DNA of 35,786 nucleotides from the NCBI GenBank assembly GCA_034722055.1, contig JAYENL010000144.1:1-35786 (forward strand), written 5' to 3'. The stretch comes from Armatimonadota bacterium (GTDB lineage Bacteria; Armatimonadota; Zipacnadia; Zipacnadales; UBA5352). Numbering within the stretch: the stretch's first letter is position 1; each line of letters opens with the position of its first letter. Positions 9,120 to 18,479 of the stretch are shown piece by piece. The position numbers and the translations under genes are program-made. The notes under the pieces are model-generated. The model made no database searches, was not told where the DNA came from, and was given only the letters and a program-made list of their open reading frames with translations.

Positions 9120-9985
9120 GAGGGAATCCGCTCACAGGCTGTCCCGTCGATCGCCGGACTCTCCAGCGGGTCGTCCGCGAGGCGCTGCGTGAAGACATCG
9201 GCCGCGGGGACCTCACCACCATGTTCACGGTGCCCGCCGATACGCGGGCTCGCGGGGAGCTGCTGGCCAAGCAGGAGGGCGTGATGGCCGGCGGCTGGGC
9301 GGTGGCGGAGTGCTTCCGGGAGAACGACCCCGGCTCGGAGTTCGAGCAGCTCGTGGACGAGGGCGAGCGGTTCGAACCCGGCCAGCGCCTGGGAGACGTG
9401 CAGGGCACCGCCCGGGGGCTGCTGGGTGCGGAGCGGGTGGCGCTGAACTTCCTGCAGCACCTGTGCGGGGTGGCGACGCTCACGCGCCGATTCGCAGACG
9501 AGCTGGAGGGCACCGGGGCGCGCGTTACTGACACGCGGAAGACGACGCCGGGGCTGCGGGCTCTGGAGAAGGCCGCGGTGGTGGCCGGCGGGGGGAGCAA
9601 TCACCGCTTCGCGCTGTATGACGGGATCCTCATCAAGGACAACCACATCCGGCTGGCGGGGGGGATCGCCCAGGCCATCGAGCGGGCGCGGGAGGGGGCG
9701 CCGCATACGCTGAGGATTGAGGTCGAGACCGCGCACCTGGGAGAGGTGCGGGAGGCGCTGGAGGCCGGCGCGGACATCATCATGCTCGACAACATGGACA
9801 ACGCCATGATGGCCAAGGCGGTGTCCGTGGTGGATGGGCGAGCGCTGGTGGAGGCCTCAGGCGGAATGCGCCTGGAGCGGGTGCGGGCGGTGGCGGAGCT
9901 GGGGGTGGACCTCATCTCGGTGGGGCGGCTGACCCACTCCGCGCCGGCCATCGACATCAGCCTGGAGCTCGAGATCGTGTCCTGA
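9116..9985 (+). CDS. nadC: Nicotinate-nucleotide pyrophosphorylase (quinolinate phosphoribosyltransferase)
   Basis: AL.ED...GDLTT, AERVALNFLQ, DTRKTTPGLR..EK.AV..GGG.NHR..L.DGILIKDNH, IEVE, IMLDNM, EASGG, ISVG.LTHSA...DISL. ATGA overlap with panD. Confidence 0.97.
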   Translation: MRGNPLTGCPVDRRTLQRVVREALREDIGRGDLTTMFTVPADTRARGELLAKQEGVMAGGWAVAECFRENDPGSEFEQLVDEGERFEPGQRLGDVQGTARGLLGAERVALNFLQHLCGVATLTRRFADELEGTGARVTDTRKTTPGLRALEKAAVVAGGGSNHRFALYDGILIKDNHIRLAGGIAQAIERAREGAPHTLRIEVETAHLGEVREALEAGADIIMLDNMDNAMMAKAVSVVDGRALVEASGGMRLERVRAVAELGVDLISVGRLTHSAPAIDISLELEIVS

Positions 9986-10004
9986 ATCGGGGAGGATCGC
10001 AGCC

Positions 10005-11150
10005 GTGGGTGGGCGAGCCTTGGTGGCAGTGATGGCCGCCACGTCGCTGCTGTGTGCAGTGCCGGCGGCGGCCCAGTACAACGTGGCGCGGGACCAGCCC
10101 TACGAGTGCAACGTTGATGTCATGGCTCAGTGGACGGGGCTGGTTGATGGGGTGGCGGACTCGGACACCAGTCCGGGGTGCTTTGCGACCTCCAACGATC
10201 CGACGTTCCCGAAGGTCGTGACCATCGACCTGCAGCGCCCCTGCTCGATCAGCCGCATCGCCGTGCACAACTCCACCAACGGCAACACGCGCGGCATCGT
10301 CATCTCCTGCTCCGAGGACGGGGAGAGCTACGAGAAGCTGCGGGAGTTCATCTTTCCACAGGGCCAGGCCATCACTCTGACCCATCGCTTCAACGACCGC
10401 CCCGCGCAGTTCGTGCGGGTGGCCTTCACCAACACCTGGGGCGGAGGGCTGGGCGGCGACAACCGTATCTTCGTGCGCGAGGTGGAGGTCTTCGGGGCGC
10501 CCACCGGTGAGGCGCCGGTAGCCCTGCCACCGGCTGAGCCGGCGGGCGAGGCGGTGGCTGAGACGCGGGAGCTGCGGCTCTTTCGCCGCTGGGCGGTGGA
10601 GGATGACAGGCCATTGACGCTGGCCGTGCTGGGGGACTCCCTGGTCACCTGCGGGGAGGGGGCCTGGCCGCAGACCGTGGCCGAGCGCCTGGAGATGGCA
10701 CGGCCTGAGGGCGGGCAGGTGAGCGTGGCGGCGATGACGGAGCCGGGGCTGGAGCCGGACGCCACCGCCGGCCACCTCATGCTGCTGGCCGACTCCGATC
10801 CCGACATCGTCCTGGTGAGCTTCGGCACCGACATCACGAACTGGAACCAGGAGGTCTTCCGCTCGGCCCTGTCGCACCTCGTCCGGCGCCTGCTGGAGGA
10901 GACGGACGCGGTGGTGGTGCTCGTGGGGCCGCTGCCGGGCGATATGGAGCAGACCGACATGGCGCGGCGCGTGCTGCAGACAATGGACCGGCTCGCGGAC
11001 CTGCTGGGGCTGCCGCTGGTGCGCACTGAGGTGGCGCTGGCCGAGGAGGGGCTGACCGGTGAGGCCCTGCGTGGCGACGAGGGCGGGGCGTCCGAGGCGG
11101 CCGGCCAGGTCATCGCCACCGCCGTTGTGGAGCTGCTGGTGGGCCCGTGA
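10005..11150 (+). CDS. Secreted discoidin (F5/8 type C)-like plus SGNH-fold protein
   Basis: Signal peptide ending AAA-Q. NVA...PY, LVDG, VTIDL, S.DG..Y, RVAF, EVEVFG fit a discoidin domain. LAVLGDSL and DPDIVLVSFG fit SGNH blocks I and III. Confidence 0.75.
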   Translation: MGGRALVAVMAATSLLCAVPAAAQYNVARDQPYECNVDVMAQWTGLVDGVADSDTSPGCFATSNDPTFPKVVTIDLQRPCSISRIAVHNSTNGNTRGIVISCSEDGESYEKLREFIFPQGQAITLTHRFNDRPAQFVRVAFTNTWGGGLGGDNRIFVREVEVFGAPTGEAPVALPPAEPAGEAVAETRELRLFRRWAVEDDRPLTLAVLGDSLVTCGEGAWPQTVAERLEMARPEGGQVSVAAMTEPGLEPDATAGHLMLLADSDPDIVLVSFGTDITNWNQEVFRSALSHLVRRLLEETDAVVVLVGPLPGDMEQTDMARRVLQTMDRLADLLGLPLVRTEVALAEEGLTGEALRGDEGGASEAAGQVIATAVVELLVGP

Positions 11151-11171
11151 CCGACCTGAGGTGATCTCTGG

Positions 11172-11555
11172 ATGCGACGGCTGTTCGGCGCGATCTTCGG
11201 CTTCCTGCTGTTCTTCCCGGGAGCGCTGATCCTCAAGTGGCTGGTGGTGGAGGAGTTGCGGCTGTATCAGGAGATGACCCTGACGGACGCGCTGCTGGCG
11301 ATCATCATTATCCTGACGTGCGTGCTGATCTTCGGCCAGCCGCGCCGGGCGCTGACGGCGGAGGAGCTGGACCGGCAGGCCAGGGCCATGGAGCTGGCCT
11401 CGCGGCGGCTCGAGCGGGCGCAGCGGGCCCACGACCAGGCCCGCCGCAGCGCCAGGTCCAGCCGCCGGTCCTCGTCGCGGCAGAGCTCGGCCTCGCGCAG
11501 ACGGCCGTCCGCACGCAGCCGCTCGACGCGGCGCGAGGATCGCAGGCGGCGCTGA
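11172..11555 (+). CDS. Small two-TM membrane protein with an Arg/Ser-rich C-terminal tail
   Basis: GAGGTGA RBS, two hydrophobic helices, tail RRSARSSRRSSSRQSSASRRRPSARSRSTRREDRRRR. Confidence 0.75.
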   Translation: MRRLFGAIFGFLLFFPGALILKWLVVEELRLYQEMTLTDALLAIIIILTCVLIFGQPRRALTAEELDRQARAMELASRRLERAQRAHDQARRSARSSRRSSSRQSSASRRRPSARSRSTRREDRRRR

Positions 11556-11578
11556 GAGCAGTGGCGTGAGGCAAAGCC

Positions 11579-11603
11579 GGCCGGGATCGGGCCGATCCCG
11601 GCC
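11579..11603. terminator. GC-rich hairpin between convergent genes, probable terminator
   Basis: Perfect 11-bp stem GGCCGGGATCG-GGC-CGATCCCGGCC between stops at 11555 (+) and 11631 (-). Only a short U-run on the - strand. Confidence 0.55.
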
Positions 11604-11630
11604 GCCTGCAGTTGTGCGGATGGCCTCCCG

Positions 11631-12479
11631 TCAGACCTCGAAGTCCTTCAGGAAGTCCACGGCGGTCTGGATGTCGTCCACGGGATTCTCGCCCACCTCG
11701 CGCTCGATGGCGAAGTAGCCGTCGAAGCCGTAGTCGTCGCAGAGAATGGTGATGAAGCGGTCCCAGTCCACCCAGCCCTCGCCGAACGGCACCTCCTCGC
11801 GCTGTCCGTCCTCGTGCACGAGCGCATCCTTGGCGTGCACGTGCACCACGTACTCGCCGCAGACGTTGAGGCCCTCGACCGGCTGGTAGAGGTCCATCCA
11901 CTTCTGCCTGTCGTACTCCTCGCCGGCATCCCGGGCGTAGCGCGCGGGCCACAGGATCAGGTTCGCCGGGTCCCAGTTGATGCGGATGGCCTCGCTCCCG
12001 ACGGTCTCGATGAGGCGCTTGAGCACGTAGGGCGGCTCGGGGCCGGTCTCGATGGCCAGGCACGCGCCCACCGCCTCACCGTGCTTCGCGATCTCCTCGT
12101 GGTGCCGCACGTGGTTGGCCCACCTGGGATCGTTGACGTCCTCGGGCATGATGCCCACGTGGCCCTGCCAGATGCCGCACTCCAGGTCGGCGGCCAGCTC
12201 CAGGACCTTCCTGGCCTGCTCCAGGGCCTCCGAGCAGTCGTCCTCCTCCAGGTGCACATTCCCGCCCCAGGCGGAGACCGCGGAGATCTCCAGCCCCAGC
12301 GAGTCCAGATGCCCCAGGAGGTCTCTGCGGTCCTGCTTGCTCATGTTGTCGGGAGCGAAGGGCCCGCCGCCGACGGAGAGGTGCACGCCGGTCACGCCCA
12401 TCTCGGCGATCTTCTCGAAGCCCTCGTAGGGCTCCATGCGCAGCGAGTTGAGCATTACGGCTATGTTCAGGTCCGCCAT
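11631..12479 (-). CDS. Sugar phosphate isomerase/epimerase family protein (AP_endonuc_2 TIM barrel)
   Basis: LAIETGPE, INWDPANL, HVHAKD, EVPFGEG.VDW, YFAIERE. GGAGG RBS before ATG12479; the longer ORF-track start is unlikely. Confidence 0.88.
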   Translation of the reverse strand: MADLNIAVMLNSLRMEPYEGFEKIAEMGVTGVHLSVGGGPFAPDNMSKQDRRDLLGHLDSLGLEISAVSAWGGNVHLEEDDCSEALEQARKVLELAADLECGIWQGHVGIMPEDVNDPRWANHVRHHEEIAKHGEAVGACLAIETGPEPPYVLKRLIETVGSEAIRINWDPANLILWPARYARDAGEEYDRQKWMDLYQPVEGLNVCGEYVVHVHAKDALVHEDGQREEVPFGEGWVDWDRFITILCDDYGFDGYFAIEREVGENPVDDIQTAVDFLKDFEV

Positions 12480-12652
12480 GATACGCCTCCATGCGCCTCG
12501 TGTAAGTGAGTAGCGGGCCTGCCTTCGCCCCCACCCTGGAAAGACCTTCACCGAGAGGGGGTGAGTACAGACGGAGAGCGATGCCGCAGCGGATGAGAAT
12601 GCGAGCGGCAGGCGCCATCGGGCAGGCTGGACTTCCCCACCGGCCCGGGAAG

Positions 12653-14128
12653 TTACCGATCCTCCTCGATGAGGCGGAAGCCGGTCAGCTTCGCGAGGTC
12701 TCGGACCTGCTCGCGGTAATCGCCGTAGATCGCGGCTCTGTGCACACCGTACTGTGTGGGGTTGAGATGCCGCTGTATCGTCGGGGCATCGACCTTCGCC
12801 ACCAGCTTCATCCCGCACAGGATGTCGTTCAGTCCGACCGGCCCCTCGTAGGCACTCTCCGCAGAGACGGCTTCACCCGTGTGCGCCAGGATGAGCTTGT
12901 CCATCACGTTGATCCGCCAGATGGTCACCGGCTCCCCGCCCGGCAGTTCCGCCAACACGTCGGCGCCCATCCGATAGTCCCTCAGGAGATACGGCACTCT
13001 GTCATTGCCGTGAGGGTTGACGGGGGCGCCGCAGTGAACCAGGACCGTGGTGCCACTGGAGGCATCTATGATCATATCAGCGTTGAAGCTCGGCCTGCCG
13101 GTCAGGAACAGCCCGAACATCTGGGCCAACGCCGGGCCGGTGTTCGGCTGGTCGGTGCAGACGATGCCGCGCTTGTGATACTCCATGCTGGGCAGGCAGG
13201 CGCAGATCTCAAAGGTCTCCAGGAATGACTGGGTGTCGGTGATTATCGCGGTGGCCTGGTATTCCTCACTCAGCCGATCGAGGCCGATGTACATGCGCGC
13301 TCCGTCCAACACGTCCTCCTCGGTGGTGTTCCGCCAGCCCTGGGCCTCGTCGATCCAGACCTTCGCGACCTCCCGGGCCGCGGCATCGGTGACGGCCTGG
13401 ATGTGCTCGTGCAGCTCTTGACTTCCCACGATGATGCTCTCCACTCCGAGCGTCTCCCGGAGCCTCTCCTGGTAGGCCTCGTTCTGGGCCTGCACCTCGG
13501 CGGGAGAGGCAGGCGCGGCGCCGTCTCCTCCCGGATAGTAGCGCAGTCGCCTGTCCGTGACAGCCAGTATTGTGGACTCCCTCATCTTGCGGAGCACCTG
13601 GATGAGGCGTATCTTCCCCACCAGGTCGTCCAGCAGGGCCCGGGCCTGTGGCTCAGGCACCACGTTCAGGCGGGATATCGCCGCGGTCACGACATTCCCC
13701 TGGTCCTGATAGACCTCGTAGGGGATGGCGTTGAACTCGAAGAGGTTGCTCACCACTATGGTGGGCAGGCCCGTCAGAGCTACCCGGTTATCACCGCGCA
13801 CGCCCCCGAAGGCCAGCACCCCGTCCACGCTATCCTCGAGCGTTTCAAGCTCGTTCGCAATGGAGTCGGGTGAAGTCCCAGCCTCAGCTCGATCCCGTAC
13901 GATGAACTCCACGCCCGGACAGCGCGTCTTGAGCGTCTCGAGGATCTGCTCGTTGCTGACGAGGGTCTTGGGAGGGACGGACCCGCCCCATCCCCAACCG
14001 GGTGTGAAGAATACGGTGTATAGCCTCGTTGGCTGTTGCGTCTGCAAGGCGCTCCCATCTGCATCATCCGTGGCTCCCTGTCTGATCAATGTCACGACAG
14101 CCCGCCGACCGCTGCCTTCCACAGCCAT
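12653..14128 (-). CDS. L-fucose/L-arabinose isomerase-like protein (divergent)
   Basis: A.MY..L..L..EY.A.AI..D, CLP..E....GI, G.P.F.AD, HCGAP, VT..R, H....YGD....V..LA...G fit the FucI/AraA central and C-terminal domains. AGAGGGG RBS before ATG14128. Confidence 0.75.
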   Translation of the reverse strand: MAVEGSGRRAVVTLIRQGATDDADGSALQTQQPTRLYTVFFTPGWGWGGSVPPKTLVSNEQILETLKTRCPGVEFIVRDRAEAGTSPDSIANELETLEDSVDGVLAFGGVRGDNRVALTGLPTIVVSNLFEFNAIPYEVYQDQGNVVTAAISRLNVVPEPQARALLDDLVGKIRLIQVLRKMRESTILAVTDRRLRYYPGGDGAAPASPAEVQAQNEAYQERLRETLGVESIIVGSQELHEHIQAVTDAAAREVAKVWIDEAQGWRNTTEEDVLDGARMYIGLDRLSEEYQATAIITDTQSFLETFEICACLPSMEYHKRGIVCTDQPNTGPALAQMFGLFLTGRPSFNADMIIDASSGTTVLVHCGAPVNPHGNDRVPYLLRDYRMGADVLAELPGGEPVTIWRINVMDKLILAHTGEAVSAESAYEGPVGLNDILCGMKLVAKVDAPTIQRHLNPTQYGVHRAAIYGDYREQVRDLAKLTGFRLIEEDR

Positions 14129-14271
14129 CGCTGCCGCCCCTCTTGGTGTAGACGAAGATGCACTGCCGTCGCTGGAGACTCGTCGTGGCGCGGTGCAACT
14201 CATGTGACTCGCCACGCCGGCGGCAGCCTGGGAGGTGGTCGGCCGGCTTCGCGGGGCACCTTTACGCTCGC

Positions 14272-15402
14272 CTACATCCCCTTGATCGGGCGGCCGGTGC
14301 GGGCGATGGGCTGCTGGCCGACGGTGACGGTGGCTGTGCCCTCCTGGCCGCCGCGGAGGTAGGTGACCTGCACCTCGGCGCCCACCTGCGTGTCCGCGAT
14401 GAGGCGAGCGAGCTGGCTGAGCGAGGTGACCTCCGTGTCTCCCCACCGGGTGATGACATCCTGGGGCTGCAGGCCGGCCTCCATCGCCGGGTGGCCGCGG
14501 TAGAGCGCCTCCACGAACACGCCGGTCTCGGCGCCAGGGGCGTAGCGGCGGATCAGCTCCGGCGACAGCTCGCCGGGGATGATGCCGATCCAGCCCCGGA
14601 CGACGCGGCCCTGCTCGATGAGCTGACGGGCCACACCGCGGGCCACATTCGAGGGGACCGCGAAGCCCACCCCCTCCGACCCGCCGCTCTGGGAGGCGAT
14701 GGCGGTGTTGATGCCCACCAGCTCCCCCCGCAGGTTCACCAGCGGGCCGCCGGAGTTGCCGGGGTTGATGGCCGCATCGGTCTGGATGAGGTCCTCGTAG
14801 CCCACGATGCCGATGTCGGTGCGGCCGGTGGCGGAGATGATGCCGGCGGTCACGGTGTGCGCCAGGCCGAAGGGGGAGCCTACCGCCACCACCCACTGGC
14901 CGACCTGAAGCTGCGAGGAGTCGCCCCAGCGGAGGTAGGGCAGGTCCGTGGCGTCCACCTTCACCACCGCCAGGTCCGTGGCGGGATCGACGCCGACGAC
15001 CTCTCCGGGCAGCTCGCGGTCGTCGGCCAGGGTGACGGTGATCTCAGTAGCGTTCGCGACCACGTGGCTGTTGGTGATGACGTGGCCCTCGGCGGAGATG
15101 AGGCATCCCGAGCCGAGGCTGTGCACCTCGCGGTCGAAGCCGCGCAGCAGGTCGTCGAACTCGCGGCCGAAGAAGTGCCGGAAGAACGGGGCGGGCCCGC
15201 CGCGCACCACGGTGGTGGTGCTGATGTTGACCACGGCCGGGCTGACTGAGCGGGCCACGGCGGCGAAGGCGCGGCTGAGGTCCTCCGCGGCGGCGATGGC
15301 GCGCTGGTCCTCCGGCGTCAGGTCCTGAGCGCAGATGGGGTGCGCCACCAGCGTCAGCAGCATGGCCGCCGCGCAGACGCGCGTCAGGCCTCTGGCAGTC
15401 AT
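14272..15402 (-). CDS. HtrA/DegP-family trypsin-like serine protease with one PDZ domain
   Basis: Signal peptide, PAVVNI, GSG, TNSHVV (His), TDLAVVK (Asp), QTDAAINPGNSGGPL (Ser), C-terminal PDZ PA..AGL...DVI. GGGAGGTGG RBS. Confidence 0.95.
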   Translation of the reverse strand: MTARGLTRVCAAAMLLTLVAHPICAQDLTPEDQRAIAAAEDLSRAFAAVARSVSPAVVNISTTTVVRGGPAPFFRHFFGREFDDLLRGFDREVHSLGSGCLISAEGHVITNSHVVANATEITVTLADDRELPGEVVGVDPATDLAVVKVDATDLPYLRWGDSSQLQVGQWVVAVGSPFGLAHTVTAGIISATGRTDIGIVGYEDLIQTDAAINPGNSGGPLVNLRGELVGINTAIASQSGGSEGVGFAVPSNVARGVARQLIEQGRVVRGWIGIIPGELSPELIRRYAPGAETGVFVEALYRGHPAMEAGLQPQDVITRWGDTEVTSLSQLARLIADTQVGAEVQVTYLRGGQEGTATVTVGQQPIARTGRPIKGM

Positions 15403-15620
15403 CGTCCACCTCCCAGCGGGATGTCCCCGATGGCAGACCCTCCGCTGGCGGTGCTGGACGCCGGCGGAGGAGATGCGCCGTCGAGGAATCGTTCCACGAC
15501 GAGTAACGGAACTCCTTTCGGGGCCTTGATTGTCTTAAAGATGTGTGCACCCATCATTGAGAGGCCGGCCGCTGCGTGGGTGGGCGTCTGGCGGGACCGC
15601 CTCGGACGGGACGATAATGC

Positions 15621-17268
<1,648 letters not shown>

Positions 17269-17280
17269 CGCCGGCGTCGG

Positions 17281-18429
17281 CTACAGGGCCATGGAGAGCT
17301 GCTGGGCCGGCTCCTCGCGGGGGTAGTAGCGGCCGCCGACGGTCACGAAGTTGCGGGCCCGGTCGGTCCGGACGCCGAGAATCTCCAGGTGTCGCAGCGA
17401 GGAGAGCCTGTGCTCGCCGCGCACCTGCAGGATGCGCTCGGCGCTGGTGAGGCCGATGCCCGGCACGCGCAGCAGCTCCCAGCGCTGGGCGGTGTTCACC
17501 TCGATGGGGAACAGCTCCTCGTTGCCCAGCGCCGCGGCCAGCTTGGGGTCACGGTCCTGGGCCAGCATACCCTCGTGGTCAAAGACCAGCTCATCGAACG
17601 AGAAGCCGTAGCTGCGCAGGAGGAACTCGGCCTGGTAGAGCCGGTGCTCGCGCACGGGCGGGACAGGCTCGCGATTCTCCAGCGGCGTGTCGCTGACAGG
17701 TCGGAAGCCGCTGTAGTAGGTGCGCGCCAGGTCGATCTCGGCCTGCAGCCGCCAGGTGGTTCGGATGAGCTCCCGGTCGCTCTCGCCCGCGGCGCCCACC
17801 ACGAACTGGGTGGTGAGCCCTGAGCGGACCTGGCCGGGCTGGCGGAGCTGCTGCGCCCAGCGGAGGGTGCGGACGAGGTCGCGGTCGAAGCTCTTGCCGG
17901 GGCAGATGGCCGAGAGGCGCTCGGGTCCGGGGGCCTCCAGGTTCACCGACAGGCGGTCGGCCAGCCCGGCGGCGGTGCTGACCGCGGCCTGCGAGCAGCC
18001 GGGCAGGAGCTTAAGGTGGACGTAGTTGCGGTAGTTGTGGGTGTGGCGGAGGATCTCCACGGTCTCGATCATCCGGGCCATGGTGGAATCGGCGTCGCCG
18101 AGGATCCCCGAGGACAGGAAGAGCCCCTTGATGACCCCCGCGCGCGTCAGCTCCACCGTCAGGTTCGCCAGCTCCTCGGGACGGAAGCTGGCGCGGGGGA
18201 TGTCGCGGCTGCAGCGCGTGGCGCAGTAGAGGCAGTCGTGGCGGCAGGCGTTGGAGAGGAGGACCTTGAGGATCCGCACCCGCTTGCCGTCGGCGGAGAG
18301 AGCCTCATAGATGCTGCCCGGGCGGTCGGCGAGGGCGGTCTGCGGCGCGAGGGTGGACGGGGCGCTGACGTCAAACTGCGCGCCCTCGCCCAGGAGTCTG
18401 AGCTTGGTTCCGTTGTCCACTGGTTGCAT
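17281..18429 (-). CDS. Putative DNA modification/repair radical SAM protein with HhH domain (TIGR03916-like)
   Basis: LKVLLSNACRHDCLYC (CxxxCxxC), GLFLSSG, YVHLK..PG, ADRLSVNLE, TQFVVGA..ESD, REHRLYQA.FL.R.YGF, DPKLA.AL, EVNTA....LLRVPGIG..SA.RI. Confidence 0.92.
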   Translation of the reverse strand: MQPVDNGTKLRLLGEGAQFDVSAPSTLAPQTALADRPGSIYEALSADGKRVRILKVLLSNACRHDCLYCATRCSRDIPRASFRPEELANLTVELTRAGVIKGLFLSSGILGDADSTMARMIETVEILRHTHNYRNYVHLKLLPGCSQAAVSTAAGLADRLSVNLEAPGPERLSAICPGKSFDRDLVRTLRWAQQLRQPGQVRSGLTTQFVVGAAGESDRELIRTTWRLQAEIDLARTYYSGFRPVSDTPLENREPVPPVREHRLYQAEFLLRSYGFSFDELVFDHEGMLAQDRDPKLAAALGNEELFPIEVNTAQRWELLRVPGIGLTSAERILQVRGEHRLSSLRHLEILGVRTDRARNFVTVGGRYYPREEPAQQLSMAL

Positions 18430-18479
18430 CCCCTTGCTGCGATGTGTGCTTCGTGATGGCTGCGATAGCGACGGCGCGG

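Noticed and set aside
12653..14896. 747-aa ORF as a single gene or HtrA fusion
   Set aside because: The first 256 codons are an off-frame reading of htrA and intergenic DNA. Protein-like sequence begins at ATG14128 behind an RBS.
14178..15504. 11-bp inverted repeats (ACTCGTCGTGG / CCACGACGAGT) flanking htrA as mobile-element ends
   Set aside because: No transposase and no target duplication. An 11-bp match is expected by chance in a GC-rich window of this size.
15524..15557. Sigma32-like promoter (CCTTGA...CCCATC)
   Set aside because: The spacing is too long for RpoH and it points away from htrA.
18430..18479. LexA/SOS box upstream of the radical SAM gene
   Set aside because: The best match, CGAAGCACACATCG on the - strand, does not fit GAAC-N4-GTTC or CTGT-N8-ACAG. 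The GAAC-N5-GTTC at 35673-35685 also has the wrong spacing.
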